Source: Ministeria vibrans ATCC 50519
Taxonomy: Eukaryota > Protista > Filasterea
NCBI GenBank assembly: GCA_943704425.1
Contig: CALSCP010000556.1
Span: forward strand, 32,145-96,144
Length of the DNA stretch: 64,000 nucleotides
Direction: 5' to 3'
In this document: piece by piece, positions 63,701 to 64,000 of the stretch
Layout: every line of letters begins with the position of its first letter
Numbering within the stretch: position 1 is the stretch's first letter
Program-made: the position numbers and the translations under genes
Notes under the pieces: generated by a model
The model's database searches: none
What the model saw: only the letters and a program-made list of their open reading frames with translations
What the model was told of the DNA's origin: nothing

Positions 63701-64000
63701 GGCGGGTGCGCTGAGAAACCTGGCCGTCAACAAAGACAATAAAGTAGCCATCGCATGCGTAGGTGCAATTGAGCCGCTGATTGCTGTGTTGCGCAGTGGA
63801 ACCGACACCGCCAAGGAGTATGCGGCGGGTGCGCTGTGGAACCTGGCCGTCAACGCGACAGCAAAGTGACCATTGCACGCGCTGGTGCGATTGAGGCAGA
63901 AGTGGCCCTTCTGAGTAGTGAGAGCGCACCCGACAGCTCCAAAGAGATTATTGTGAGTCTCTTACTCCAGTTGTCCAATGGAAATAGTATCAATAAGTCG
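60800..64000 (+). CDS. Armadillo-repeat protein copy 2 (paralogue of 51243-54029); N gaps, frameshift at ~63855, runs off the window
   Basis: Promoter, N-terminus, 72-nt intron (60930-61001) and C-cap are all homologous to copy 1; about 20 123-bp units visible. Confidence 0.88.

Overview
Gene-dense eukaryotic (protist-type) genomic DNA. It uses the standard genetic code and has short GT-AG introns, intronic CA/AAT microsatellites, very short intergenic gaps and several N gaps. BBS9 implies a ciliated or flagellated lineage. TFG, a Max-like bHLH and a GREB1-like gene suggest, but do not prove, a unicellular animal relative. About 24 protein genes or fragments can be read: CaMKK, CDC7, TFG, exportin-4, a NOP58 fragment, a bacterial-type GNAT, U2A', bHLH-PHD, RRP15, ASPDH, GH79, USP, ankyrin-CUE, ABCF, BBS9, acid lipase, GST, an L-domain/LRR protein, YbjQ, GREB1-like, two ARM-array paralogues, a large unknown solenoid-GNAT protein and TEX30. 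There is also a solitary divergent 5S rRNA. Three things stand out. (1) An intronless NLR-like gene (caspase-like protease + NB-ARC + at least 20 near-identical 126-bp TPR units), varying mainly in groove-facing residues. (2) Two duplicated armadillo arrays of near-identical 123-bp units that vary at helix-3 binding positions, plus an L-domain array; together these suggest a repeat-shuffling receptor repertoire. (3) A GREB1-like protein with an apparently intact circularly permuted SF2 helicase fused to a TET/JBP-associated-type glycosyltransferase, a candidate nucleic-acid-modifying enzyme. All family calls are motif recognition from memory; no database searches were run. Exon boundaries were read by eye.
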